A stretch of 40,668 nucleotides of DNA, taken from the sequence record SRR33789315_42; one strand, written 5' to 3'. Under the pieces are notes generated by a model. The model had not been told where the DNA came from. It made no database searches and saw only the letters and a program-made list of their open reading frames with translations. The stretch's first letter is position 1. Every line of letters starts with the position of its first letter. The translations under genes and the position numbers were made by a program. Shown here in pieces: positions 18,089-27,114 of this stretch.

Positions 18089-18766
18089 TTATTGCGTGGT
18101 AAAGTTACTAATCACTTTATAGGTTATTTTTTTATTAGTGGCTTCTATGACTTCTATTTGTGACCCTTTATATCCAATTATATTGCCTTCGGATAAGTCA
18201 TAAACCACATCATTGTTGAATGCGGGACGGGCTAAACTACTGCTGTATTCGCGATACCCTAAATTTAAGGTATTGCCAATTTTACCACTGTAAATTAAGG
18301 TTTGTTGAAAACTAGCATTATCGCTAACTACTTCATCTTCAATTTTAACTGAAATTGTTCCGCACATAGTGAATTCTATATTGCGTAATATACACATTTT
18401 GTTCGTTTTCTTTTCTAATCGTAAACTTGCATCCGCTGCTGGGATATTAAATAGTCCTACGGTAATAAAATTGGTTTGCCCACTAAAACCTTGGAAATAG
18501 TGAAACTTTTCATCTTCACCTATTTTTTGATAAACCCCACTGGGAATATCATAGTTACCTATTTCACTTGGTTGTAAAACATGCAAAACAGCGCGCTGAA
18601 CAGATACACCTTGTTTTAACATGTGGTCTCCCACGTTAACACTCATTATTTCTCCCAACGGAGGCATGCTAAAGCTACTTGTTTGCGGAACATAGTTGTA
18701 GGCAGGTTTGTTTGCGCATCCTGCTAGTAGCATGGTAGATGCAAATATTAGCGATATTTTTTTCAT
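18089..18766 (-). CDS. Lipoprotein moron
   Basis: MKK + hydrophobic stretch + LAGC lipobox, AT-rich. Confidence 0.8.
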   Translation of the reverse strand: MKKISLIFASTMLLAGCANKPAYNYVPQTSSFSMPPLGEIMSVNVGDHMLKQGVSVQRAVLHVLQPSEIGNYDIPSGVYQKIGEDEKFHYFQGFSGQTNFITVGLFNIPAADASLRLEKKTNKMCILRNIEFTMCGTISVKIEDEVVSDNASFQQTLIYSGKIGNTLNLGYREYSSSLARPAFNNDVVYDLSEGNIIGYKGSQIEVIEATNKKITYKVISNFTTQ

Positions 18767-18828
18767 AACATTCCTTATTTTATGATTTTTGTTTGTGGAT
18801 CAAAATACGATAAAACAGCGCGAATGTC

Positions 18829-18857
18829 TTGCAAAGGCTACACAATTGTTTTACTTT
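18829..18857 (+). promoter_or_regulatory. Putative sigma70 promoter for the c4-like RNA / antirepressor operon
   Basis: TTGCAA-N17-TACTTT. Confidence 0.4.
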
Positions 18858-18968
18858 GCCCTTCGATGCTTCAAAACATCATTCAGCTAGCGTTTACCGC
18901 ACACGACAGACAAGCGGTTTTTTTGTGCCTGCCTTTTGGCACGAAATACAAAATTACAGTGTTACCAC

Positions 18969-19046
18969 GTCGGGAGGGTGATCAATACAACACCTTTCGA
19001 GGGAATAGATCACGCGGCTCTAGTTGGCCGTTTTGAACCTCCCGAC
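18969..19046 (+). ncRNA. c4-like antisense RNA
   Basis: Closing stem GTCGGGAGG/CCTCCCGAC. Internal CTAGTTG and TTTTGAA are complementary to TTCAAAA..CAGCTAG (18870-18890) and TTCAAAA..CAACTAG (19060-19076). Confidence 0.7.
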
Positions 19047-19084
19047 ACCCAAATGTTTATTCAAAAAAACAACTAGGAGGCCTT

Positions 19085-19954
19085 ATGCCCAATATCATTT
19101 CAACTCAATTCGACGACCTAGAATTATCTATTATTGATCACAACAATGCCAAATGGTTAACTGCTGAACAAGTTGGCTTAGCCCTTGGCTATTCGCCAGA
19201 TAAAGCACGGCAAGGGGTGATTAATTTATACAATCGCCACAAAGATGAATTTACCACTAATGACAAAGGCGTCATCGAATTGATGACACCCGGTGGTAAA
19301 CAACAAGCGACTGTATTTTCTGCCTCTGGCTGCCACTTGCTGAGTTTTTTTAGCAATACCCACCGCGCCAAGCAATTTAGGGCGTGGGCCAAAGACGCTT
19401 TAAGCACCCCCGCCGCACAATTAAGCCACAGCCATGATGGCTTAACGGCTGAACAACGCCTTGCCCGACTTGAAAGTGCCGTAGGCCACATGGCCATGGG
19501 CATAGGCCAACTGGTTGAAGTCAGCCACCAACAAGCGGCTAAGCTTGATGTTACCGCGCGGTATATTGGTTTGCTTGAGATAAACCAAAAAGGCAAAGTA
19601 AAAGTCACCCGCAAAAAAGAGGCCGAGGTATTGGCGCTTAGGGCGCAGGGTATGAGCATGCGCGACATTAGCAATATGCTGCGTATATCAACAACTGCTG
19701 TAAGCTTATTGGTTAACGAAAAATACCCTTGGAGCGACTCGCAGCGCGATATGCCCACGCCCAGCATTGAAGCCCTGTTAGAAGAAAAGCTGCAACAAGA
19801 AGCCGCCGAACTGGCTAACAGGCTGACACCGCCCCCTAAAGAGCGGATCAAGGTTTACAGCGACCCAACGCAATACTTAAACGCTCGCAAACGCGGTGAA
19901 AAGGCAGAGTTTGCCCCTGACTTAAAAACTATCACAAGCGGAGGAGCATACTAA
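19085..19954 (+). CDS. Bro-N domain antirepressor-like protein with C-terminal HTH
   Basis: WLTAEQVGLALGY...LYNRHKDEF...AKQFRAW Bro-N pattern, GMSMRDISNMLRIS HTH, GGAGG SD. Confidence 0.8.
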   Translation: MPNIISTQFDDLELSIIDHNNAKWLTAEQVGLALGYSPDKARQGVINLYNRHKDEFTTNDKGVIELMTPGGKQQATVFSASGCHLLSFFSNTHRAKQFRAWAKDALSTPAAQLSHSHDGLTAEQRLARLESAVGHMAMGIGQLVEVSHQQAAKLDVTARYIGLLEINQKGKVKVTRKKEAEVLALRAQGMSMRDISNMLRISTTAVSLLVNEKYPWSDSQRDMPTPSIEALLEEKLQQEAAELANRLTPPPKERIKVYSDPTQYLNARKRGEKAEFAPDLKTITSGGAY

Positions 19955-20151
19955 TGGCTGCCGTTAAACTCACCCCTAGCAAAGACTCGCGCTTTAACCG
20001 GATGCAAGACGCGGTATCTGATGCCGATTGCCGCTTAAACGCCATTGAAAACCTGTTGGCTTACCATCCAGAGCTAGAAGCCGTTAACCTCATTGGCTTG
20101 GCTGGTTTGATTGAGTTGGTGCGCAAAGACCTAATGAAAGCCTTAAATTAG
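19954..20151 (+). CDS. Small hypothetical protein coupled to the antirepressor
   Basis: TAATG overlap, GGAGG SD, followed by terminator. Confidence 0.65.
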   Translation: MAAVKLTPSKDSRFNRMQDAVSDADCRLNAIENLLAYHPELEAVNLIGLAGLIELVRKDLMKALN

Positions 20152-20163
20152 GTAAATTGCGTT

Positions 20164-20189
20164 AAAAAAGCAGCTTCGGCTGCTTTTTT
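20164..20189. terminator. Bidirectional rho-independent terminator
   Basis: A6-GCAGC-TTCG-GCTGC-T6 between convergent genes. Confidence 0.9.
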
Positions 20190-20409
20190 GCGTTTTATGG
20201 GCAAACTGCCACCACCAAACCCCGCACAGGTATTTTAATCGCCATCAGAACTGTTTAAGTATTTTTAGCAAGGCCAATTGTTAGCTTAGGTAACAGAATG
20301 GCTTAAATTGGCGTACAGAAAGGATTTTTTACACCCTGCTTGGTTAAAATAGGTGTTTTTACCCCCTTAAATGCCCTACAGCCCGCTTTTAAACTAGGGT
20401 GTAGCGGTT

Positions 20410-20850
20410 TTACTCTTGTAAATGGCTTTGCAGTATGGCGACGATTTCGTCGGCGTCGTTCCATTGTCCTGTGGCTAGGCCAATAAACGGGCGGGCGGGT
20501 ATACCGTCGGCTTCGCGGCCAAACTGGTGAGTAGCACCGTAAATTAGGTTGGTGCCGAAGGTGAGTTCGTCGCCTGATAGTTGATAGGCTAGTGTATCGC
20601 GCATAGTGCCTTGTTGTTGCAAGATGGTGTCTTTGCCTTTTTTGGTAATGGTGCGCGGGGCAAGTGGATCCCATGGGGTGCCGTCGGGGGCGACTTCGAG
20701 TTTAAAGCGCTCTTGGTGTGACTCGATGAGGTATTCGCCAATCTCGGCTAGGGCCGGTTCGAGGCTTTGGCCTTTTTTTATAAATTGGTCGAGTACGTTG
20801 AGTAGGTGTTTTTCGCCGGTTAACTCAACTGCAATAAATGCGCCTGCCAT
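20410..20850 (-). CDS. Virion morphogenesis protein, Mu gpG family
   Basis: APDGTPWDPL, YGATHQFG and IPARPFIGL motifs. Confidence 0.9.
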   Translation of the reverse strand: MAGAFIAVELTGEKHLLNVLDQFIKKGQSLEPALAEIGEYLIESHQERFKLEVAPDGTPWDPLAPRTITKKGKDTILQQQGTMRDTLAYQLSGDELTFGTNLIYGATHQFGREADGIPARPFIGLATGQWNDADEIVAILQSHLQE

Positions 20851-21587
20851 TAGTCTTCCTTGGGGGTACGTGGTGGTAGGCGTTCGGCCAAAGGGGGCTT
20901 GTCGGCTAACTGTTGTTTGAGCCGTTCGGTTTGGCTGGTTGCCCCTGGGGCATAGTCGAAGCCTGGGTCGATGCCAACGGGTACGTAGTGTTCTTCGCCG
21001 GTGGCTTTATCTATCCATTTTCTGGTTTCGATGACTGGCTCTTGGCTGATGTTTAGGCCTTTGCGTTTGATACTTTGGGCCGACTCGCCAAACACTTTGC
21101 ACTTGCAGCCCCAGCCATTTTGCGGAAACCACGTTTGCCAAAAGGGGCTGTCTTTGGGCAGGATTAGGCCGTCTTTGCTTTTATGTAAGGGGCGTGGGCT
21201 TAGGCTGTCGCCGTGTTTGTAGCGCCAATACTCGAAGGTTTGCAATTGCGCGTGGCGGCCAGCGTTGTAGCTTTGGCGCACGTTGGTGCTGTAGATGATG
21301 TTGGCGCGCCATGGCACGCTGCCGGTGTGATCCCATCCGTGCTTTTTCACGAGCTGTTTAAACTGGCTTTGAAAGGCGCTTAAACTTTGGCCGTCGGCAA
21401 TGGCGCTGTCGACGATGGCACGTAAGTCGGCAAGCAAGTCGGTTTTGGTGGCACCGGCCACCATAAAGGCTAAGTCGTGCTGCTCGCGCCATACATCGGC
21501 CCAGCGTTCGCTTGGCATGTTTAGCTTGTTGCGAAAAAAGGTGATGGCTTCGCTAAAGGGTAAAGAGCCGTATTGGGCGGTTGTCAC
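20850..21587 (-). CDS. Head morphogenesis protein, Mu gpF family
   Basis: LPFSEAI.FFR.K, AFMVAGA, PQNGWGCKC and GIDPGFDYAPG motifs. Confidence 0.9.
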   Translation of the reverse strand: MTTAQYGSLPFSEAITFFRNKLNMPSERWADVWREQHDLAFMVAGATKTDLLADLRAIVDSAIADGQSLSAFQSQFKQLVKKHGWDHTGSVPWRANIIYSTNVRQSYNAGRHAQLQTFEYWRYKHGDSLSPRPLHKSKDGLILPKDSPFWQTWFPQNGWGCKCKVFGESAQSIKRKGLNISQEPVIETRKWIDKATGEEHYVPVGIDPGFDYAPGATSQTERLKQQLADKPPLAERLPPRTPKED

Positions 21588-21943
21588 TTAATAGGTTCCA
21601 GATGATGTACAAAAAAAGTAAGGGCTTTTAACTCTTGGTATACGGCTTCTGAAATTTGCCCCTGTTTAACACTCAATTTAGTAAACTTAAGAATTTTTCT
21701 TTGTTTAGCGACTTGCTCTATGCCGTCGATTGATATGTGACGGTCTTGGTTACCGCAAGCCGAAACCAGCAAATCATAGACAACCATTAGATCGGTTTTT
21801 TCTAACCTTAGTCGTTCAAAGTTTGTAAAATTTTGCCCTGGCTGAATTTCATCATGGCCAAACCTAGCTAATTTGGACGCGCGCTGACCAACTTCGTTAC
21901 ATTCCTCAGATAACAAAAGACATAAATATTGTATTAAGTTCAT
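21584..21943 (-). CDS. MazG-like NTP pyrophosphohydrolase-fold protein (putative)
   Basis: EECNEV...K..RFG...E..DL acidic helix pattern. Confidence 0.5.
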   Translation of the reverse strand: MNLIQYLCLLLSEECNEVGQRASKLARFGHDEIQPGQNFTNFERLRLEKTDLMVVYDLLVSACGNQDRHISIDGIEQVAKQRKILKFTKLSVKQGQISEAVYQELKALTFFVHHLEPIK

Positions 21944-22197
21944 TACTCTAATTCTCCGGTGACTAAGATGGGGAACAGTGGATCAAAGTTTGGATTAACC
22001 CAGCTCATGATGATGCAATTGATATCGAACAAGCCTAGGGCGGCATGCCATACCCATTCTGGTACACCGTTGCGTTCGACCATGTTGGGGCAGTTGGTGT
22101 CTTTACTGCCAATGTAAACGGGGCAAAACAGAAACCAGCCTTTGTGTTGAAAGTGGGCCAGTTTGCGTTTTTTACTTAGTTGTTTGAATAGGGCCAT
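21943..22197 (-). CDS. Hypothetical phage protein
   Basis: 84-aa ORF with purine-rich SD, coupled to the next gene. Confidence 0.6.
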   Translation of the reverse strand: MALFKQLSKKRKLAHFQHKGWFLFCPVYIGSKDTNCPNMVERNGVPEWVWHAALGLFDINCIIMSWVNPNFDPLFPILVTGELE

Positions 22198-22301
22198 GTT
22201 AGCCCCCCCTGCCTTGATTGCCGTCTGAGTAACCCCCGTGGCTGCCCAAAATTAGACCTATAATGAAACAAACAAATCCTACGATAATTAACGTTCCCAT
22301 T

Positions 22302-23936
22302 TTATTCTCCTTCGTTTACATCAAAGCGGCCTGCGAGTTCTGCGGCGGCAAAGGCTTGGGCCATGAGTTCGGCATAGTCGTTAGGGTCGAGGCTGTCTTC
22401 GAGTTCGAGCAGTTGGTCGAGCAGCTGAGGTAGTGACTCGGCATTGTCGACTAAGGCTTGTATGGGCTGCATGATTTGCCCAAAGGCGGGGGCAATGTCG
22501 TTTTTTAGCCTGGCGGTGAGTATGTCGGCCCCGTCGTCTTGGTTTTGGATTTGGCGCACGCCAACGGGGTTGGCTTTAAGTGCAGCAAGGGCGAACTTAA
22601 GGGCGGCGGCTTGGGTGGCATTCTCTTTTTTTAATGCACTGTTCGCGGATAAATCCGCTCCTACAGGGGCGGCTCTTGCCAGCACCGGCTCGTTGCCTTC
22701 TGGCATGGGGATGCGCAGTTTGTTTTGCACGTAGCTGAGCGGTACTTGTACGCCTATATCGATTAGCTTGGGCATGGCTTCGCTGTACAGGGCTAAGTCT
22801 TCTGGCTCTTGGGTGTCGAACACCAGGCGCGGTTTACGGCGTGGGTCGCCAATGTAGCTTTTTCCGTTGAGCATATAAAGCGGCTGGATAATGTCGCGGT
22901 TTAGAGTACTGGCGATTTGGGCTAAGTCGTGATCGCGTATTTCGATGCGCACGTCGTTGTGCACATTGCCTAAAGCCTGACTGCCTACCGCGCCCGCGTC
23001 GGCGGTGAGGGTTTGGCCGAGTATGGCTTTTGATTGTGTACGTTCGCACCACGATATCATGGTTTCAAATGGGTCTGAGCCACCGCCTTTTGCGGCTTCG
23101 TTAAATTCGATTTCCATGCCCTTGGGGATAATACCACCGGCATTGTGGCCAATGCTGAGCACGGCTTGCAGTAGCTTGGTTTTTTCGTCTGGGGTGGCCC
23201 CGCTGGGGTATTTGCCCAGCTTGGTGGGTATGCCGTAAATTTCTAAAAACTCGGCGAGGTCGCGCACCGAGTAATTTTTAAATAAAAACGGCCACACCAA
23301 TTGACGCACTAAACCTTGGCGGGCGGGGTAACCGCTTTTTGCCGCGTGGCGGTGTTGTATCCAGCCATAGGGGCGCAAGGGTTCGCCAATACCGTTGTCG
23401 CTGCGCAGTACAATTTGGCGCTGGTCGTGCTGGTGCAACTGAAAAAATGTGGCGGGGATATGCTCAAAACAGGTGGGTATGCGAAAGTTTTGGTATGAAC
23501 CCCATTCGATTTCGATATTGCTAAAGCCTTTTAAGATACCGTCGCCCATATTAAAAATGAGGTCATGCCAGCATTCGGTATCTCGCAATATTTGTTCGAT
23601 GTCGTTGGCGTCTTTTTGCTCTTGGGCGCTGGCATTGGGGGGTGGCTGAATTTCAAAGGGCACACCGGCAAGGGCGGCTTTGCGCTTGAATAGCTCGGCA
23701 AAGATATGGCCGTCTTTTTCTTCGATGTCTTCGGCCAAATAGCACTGGGCAATCATGTTGCCTTGTTCGGCTTCGGTGAGTATTTGCACTAATTTTGCGG
23801 GGGTTAGGCCACTGCTTGGGTGCTCGGCAAACTCGCGACGCATTTGGCCAATGCGCGGGCTATCGTCGGTTTGTTTGGTTTTTAGATCTTTTTCGCGCAC
23901 ACGGTAACGGGTGCCGTTGGTTTCGAAAGTTTCCAT
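22302..23936 (-). CDS. Portal protein, Mu gp29 (DUF935)
   Basis: EHPSSGLTP, FLEIYGIP..LGKYP and SKAILGQTLT motifs. Confidence 0.95.
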   Translation of the reverse strand: METFETNGTRYRVREKDLKTKQTDDSPRIGQMRREFAEHPSSGLTPAKLVQILTEAEQGNMIAQCYLAEDIEEKDGHIFAELFKRKAALAGVPFEIQPPPNASAQEQKDANDIEQILRDTECWHDLIFNMGDGILKGFSNIEIEWGSYQNFRIPTCFEHIPATFFQLHQHDQRQIVLRSDNGIGEPLRPYGWIQHRHAAKSGYPARQGLVRQLVWPFLFKNYSVRDLAEFLEIYGIPTKLGKYPSGATPDEKTKLLQAVLSIGHNAGGIIPKGMEIEFNEAAKGGGSDPFETMISWCERTQSKAILGQTLTADAGAVGSQALGNVHNDVRIEIRDHDLAQIASTLNRDIIQPLYMLNGKSYIGDPRRKPRLVFDTQEPEDLALYSEAMPKLIDIGVQVPLSYVQNKLRIPMPEGNEPVLARAAPVGADLSANSALKKENATQAAALKFALAALKANPVGVRQIQNQDDGADILTARLKNDIAPAFGQIMQPIQALVDNAESLPQLLDQLLELEDSLDPNDYAELMAQAFAAAELAGRFDVNEGE

Positions 23937-25657
23937 CAGTAGCAGCCTGCTTGGTTATAGGTTATGTCGTCGTCATCATTGGTGCGGTCTGCCCAACGGT
24001 CGGTTTTGCTGGGTAGCGGGGTAAAGTCAATTTCGCCGCCTTCTAAGTGGCTGGCGCGGATCAACATGGCTATGGCAACCGCAGCATCACCGTGGCGTTT
24101 TTTGTCTACTTTTCCGGCCTTGGCGTCTTTTTCGGTGGTACGGCCTTTGTCTATCATGGGTATGCCATTGATAACGTGAATATGGCCTAGGTCGTCAAAT
24201 ACGTTTTGGTCTTTGGGTAGGGTGATGGTGCCATCTTCAAAGGCGGCTTTAACTTTGGGCATCCACTCTCGATACCATGTTTGGTTTAAATGCACGCAGT
24301 CGACTAACTCGGTGCCATAGCGTAAGGCGGCAATTTCGGCTAAGTAGCCACCGTTGCCGGTTGCGTCGAAGGCGGCCCCACGAAAACGGGGCAGGCGTGC
24401 CAGGATAAACAGCATTATTTGCTTTTGGCATTCGTAAGGGACGTTGCGCAGCTCGACCATAAAGGGCACTTCGATGTCCATTAACTGGGTAATGGCCCCA
24501 GGGGCGAACACGGTTAAGTCGCCTTTGCGGGCAAAGTCTTCGCCAAAGATATGGTATTGCTCTGGGTTTAATGCGTCTAAAAGTGGCTGTAAGTGGGTAT
24601 CGCAAAAGTCGCTAATTTCGCCAATTCGTTGGTGCTCGGCCCATAGTTCGAAGTTATCAGGGGCGGCATAGCGCACAATTGGCCTACCGGCCACCATGGC
24701 GCGTTCACGCAATGGCCTAGTTAAATACTGGCCGCCACTTTGGCGAGGTATACAGCCGTATTCTTCTTCGGCCATTTCGATGGTTGGGGCGTTTTTGTAT
24801 AGGTCGGCGCGCCATTTTTGCTGGGCTTCTAACGACCATTCTTGCCCTGTGACATAACAAATACGTTTGTATAGGCCTTGTTCGATGGCGTCGTCTAGGG
24901 TGATGGTGTGAATACGGTAGTCTTTGCGACCGGCGCGGGCGTCTTTTATCCATTGGTTAAAGAGGTTGTCAACGCCGTTATGGGTGCTGATTATGCGTAT
25001 TCTGCCGCCCCACATGGTGAGTGATTGAGCGGCTTTAAATAGTTCGTCTAGCTCCATGTGGAAAGCGGCTTCGTCTATTGTGACGTCGCCTTGTAGTCCG
25101 CGCAGGTTTGATGGGCGAGAGCTTAGTGCTTGTATTTTAAATCCGCTTTTTGGAAAGCGGATCATGTAGGCAAGTATTTCTTCTTTTTTGTCTTTGTCCC
25201 AAAAGGTAGTTTCGTATACTTCGGCGTCTGCTAGTTCGTTAAATGCTTTGGCAAACAAGGCGCAGGCGGCAATATATTCGAGCGCCATTTCTTGTTTACT
25301 GCCAATGTAAAATACATTACGCCCGCCACGGTGTTTGGCTTTACTGGCTGTGATTACGTCTTTGGCGGCTTGTGCCCACGTTAAACCGGTTCGGCGGGAT
25401 TTTTCGGCAATGGCGTAGGTGCTGTTGTCTTCGAACCATTCGCGTTGGTATTTTAAAAATACTGGTTCATTGGCGGCATCTGGAAAGTTTTCAGCTAAGT
25501 TTTGGCTAACGTCTACGCCCGACAAGGTGCATTCTAGGGCTAGGTCGATTTTGCGGTGGCGGCCTTCTCGCAAAGCAACAGTGATGTCGTTAGGGGCGGT
25601 GGTTGGGACCTTAACTTTTGGTTTTTCAAGTGTTTTTTTTTGCGGGCGTAAAGTCAT
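23936..25657 (-). CDS. Terminase large subunit, Mu gp28-like
   Basis: EKSRRTGLTW Walker A, IDEAAF Walker B, GEDFAR and HGDAA nuclease motifs. Confidence 0.95.
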   Translation of the reverse strand: MTLRPQKKTLEKPKVKVPTTAPNDITVALREGRHRKIDLALECTLSGVDVSQNLAENFPDAANEPVFLKYQREWFEDNSTYAIAEKSRRTGLTWAQAAKDVITASKAKHRGGRNVFYIGSKQEMALEYIAACALFAKAFNELADAEVYETTFWDKDKKEEILAYMIRFPKSGFKIQALSSRPSNLRGLQGDVTIDEAAFHMELDELFKAAQSLTMWGGRIRIISTHNGVDNLFNQWIKDARAGRKDYRIHTITLDDAIEQGLYKRICYVTGQEWSLEAQQKWRADLYKNAPTIEMAEEEYGCIPRQSGGQYLTRPLRERAMVAGRPIVRYAAPDNFELWAEHQRIGEISDFCDTHLQPLLDALNPEQYHIFGEDFARKGDLTVFAPGAITQLMDIEVPFMVELRNVPYECQKQIMLFILARLPRFRGAAFDATGNGGYLAEIAALRYGTELVDCVHLNQTWYREWMPKVKAAFEDGTITLPKDQNVFDDLGHIHVINGIPMIDKGRTTEKDAKAGKVDKKRHGDAAVAIAMLIRASHLEGGEIDFTPLPSKTDRWADRTNDDDDITYNQAGCY

Positions 25658-25809
25658 TGATTTAACGCCTTTGCAAAAGCCACATACTGTTGATAATACG
25701 CCGGATAATTGACACGACGGCTTTTTACCAAAATCACTCTTTCAGTCGGTTTTTCTACCCACCAATGTTGGTATGGTAATGGTGAAAAAATTGGTTTTGG
25801 CTGGTTCAT
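25654..25809 (-). CDS. 51-aa ORF resembling an internally deleted terminase ATPase N-terminus (below ORF-track cutoff)
   Basis: MNQPKPIFSPLPYQHWWVEKPTERVILVKSRRVNYPAYYQQYVAFAKALNQ, hand-translated. Fills the terS-terL gap and overlaps terL by ATGA. Confidence 0.7.
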   Translation of the reverse strand: MNQPKPIFSPLPYQHWWVEKPTERVILVKSRRVNYPAYYQQYVAFAKALNQ

Positions 25810-25811
25810 AC

Positions 25812-26390
25812 CTATTTTTTACCTAGCAAAATGTTGCGAATTTTTGATTCGAGTTGCTCGCTCATACCATCTACACCGCGAAGTTCTTCTTCTAGCTCTT
25901 GGGCTTTTGCTTCGGCAAAGGCTTGCTGTATGTCTTGGGCGAGTTTTAAGCTTTTAGATTCTGCGTCTTCCAGGCGCTGCGACATAAGCGCAAGTTGATT
26001 AAGGGTTTTAGGATCAATCTTAGATACGTCGCCATCCATCATGGCTGTGCCTACTTCAAAGCCAAGGGTGCGGATGATTTCTCTAAATACTTTGCCCACT
26101 TCGGTGGTGGGCTTGTCGCCAAATTCGGCTGTCCACTGTTTTGACACTTCACGCGCCTGGCGAATGCGCGCGCCGTGTTCTTCCATTTTGGTGGAGTAAC
26201 GGTTTAAACCTGAGCGCGATAGTTGCATTTGGTCAGGCAAGCCTGCCGAGGCAATCATTTGGTTGATTACGTCGAGTAAATCAGTTTGGTTTATTGACTT
26301 GTCGCGCAGGCCTTCAATTAAGGTTTTTTGTATTTTAGCGGGCAGCAAATCAACCTTGCTGGCTTTGCCTCGGGTGCGTTTATCGGTCAT
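25812..26390 (-). CDS. Terminase small subunit, Mu gp27 (DUF3486)
   Basis: RGKASKVDLLP and LSRSGLNRY motifs. Confidence 0.9.
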   Translation of the reverse strand: MTDKRTRGKASKVDLLPAKIQKTLIEGLRDKSINQTDLLDVINQMIASAGLPDQMQLSRSGLNRYSTKMEEHGARIRQAREVSKQWTAEFGDKPTTEVGKVFREIIRTLGFEVGTAMMDGDVSKIDPKTLNQLALMSQRLEDAESKSLKLAQDIQQAFAEAKAQELEEELRGVDGMSEQLESKIRNILLGKK

Positions 26391-26661
26391 TGTGATCCCT
26401 TTTCATTTTTAGCAAATCTTTTGCTAGGGCCTTATGTACCTTTGGCATTTCTTTTTGCAGGGCTTGCCAGATAGCTTTTACGTCCGGCTCTTTATCGAAG
26501 TAGTAATCAACCAAAGACTGACTTTTACCGGCAGCAATTTCTGCTAACTGTTCTTGGCTAAGGGTAGGCTTGAAAATTTTTTGCCATATGTCGCTGATAA
26601 CAAAAGCATGACAAAGCTTGTTGATTAGCATTTTGTCGCGAGCGCTTATTCTAATTGACAT
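26380..26661 (-). CDS. Hypothetical protein
   Basis: 93-aa ORF with GAGG SD, overlapping both neighbours. Confidence 0.65.
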   Translation of the reverse strand: MSIRISARDKMLINKLCHAFVISDIWQKIFKPTLSQEQLAEIAAGKSQSLVDYYFDKEPDVKAIWQALQKEMPKVHKALAKDLLKMKRDHNDR

Positions 26662-26821
26662 GGCGCTTATCCTCTTTTAACACTGCGTCAAGCAGTGCAT
26701 AAACAACAAGCAATACAACCACTATTAGCCAGAGAATATTTACAGACCAATTTAGCGCCATACCCAAATTGACAGTGATTACACAAATAATCAGCATCCA
26801 TTCGACTAACGTAATTTTCAT
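26651..26821 (-). CDS. 56-aa two-TM membrane protein (below ORF-track cutoff)
   Basis: MKITLVEWMLIICVITVNLGMALNWSVNILWLIVVVLLVVYALLDAVLKEDKRHVN, ATGA-coupled to gp26. Confidence 0.6.
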   Translation of the reverse strand: MKITLVEWMLIICVITVNLGMALNWSVNILWLIVVVLLVVYALLDAVLKEDKRHVN

Positions 26822-27114
26822 ACCCTTGGCCCTGGGCGTTTTACACCTGGTTGGCTAGCCATGCCTTGTTGTACGTCGAGGCCGCGATTGGTTAGGGTGG
26901 CAATGGTGTAGGTGCCCAATTGCTGGGTGGTGATTAGGTCTTGCTCTTTTAACCAGGCGAAATGGCTGAGTACTTTGTCGCTGGTCATGGCGTTGCCGTA
27001 CTGGGCGCAGACGGTTTTGATGATGCTGTTGTTGGCGCTGTAGCCGTCCATTACCGCGAGGGAGTGCAGAATGCTCAGGCGCTGGTGTTCGTTCATGACG
27101 TGTTCAATTGCCAT
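26818..27114 (-). CDS. Mu gp26-like winged-helix protein
   Basis: RLSIL..L....GYSAN, WLKEQDLI, LTNRGLDV and PGVKRPGP motifs. Confidence 0.85.
   Translation of the reverse strand: MAIEHVMNEHQRLSILHSLAVMDGYSANNSIIKTVCAQYGNAMTSDKVLSHFAWLKEQDLITTQQLGTYTIATLTNRGLDVQQGMASQPGVKRPGPRV

Noticed and set aside
18782-19036. 84-aa ORF upstream of the antirepressor
   Set aside because: It starts upstream of the predicted promoter and overlaps the structured c4-like RNA. A shorter icd/ash-like peptide cannot be excluded.
19189-19851. 220-aa minus-strand ORF and the many other antisense or overlapping ORFs in the track
   Set aside because: Shadow frames of well-supported genes, with no motifs or ribosome-binding sites.
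20303-20674. 123-aa ORF overlapping gene G
   Set aside because: Alternate frame of G with low-information basic sequence and no SD.
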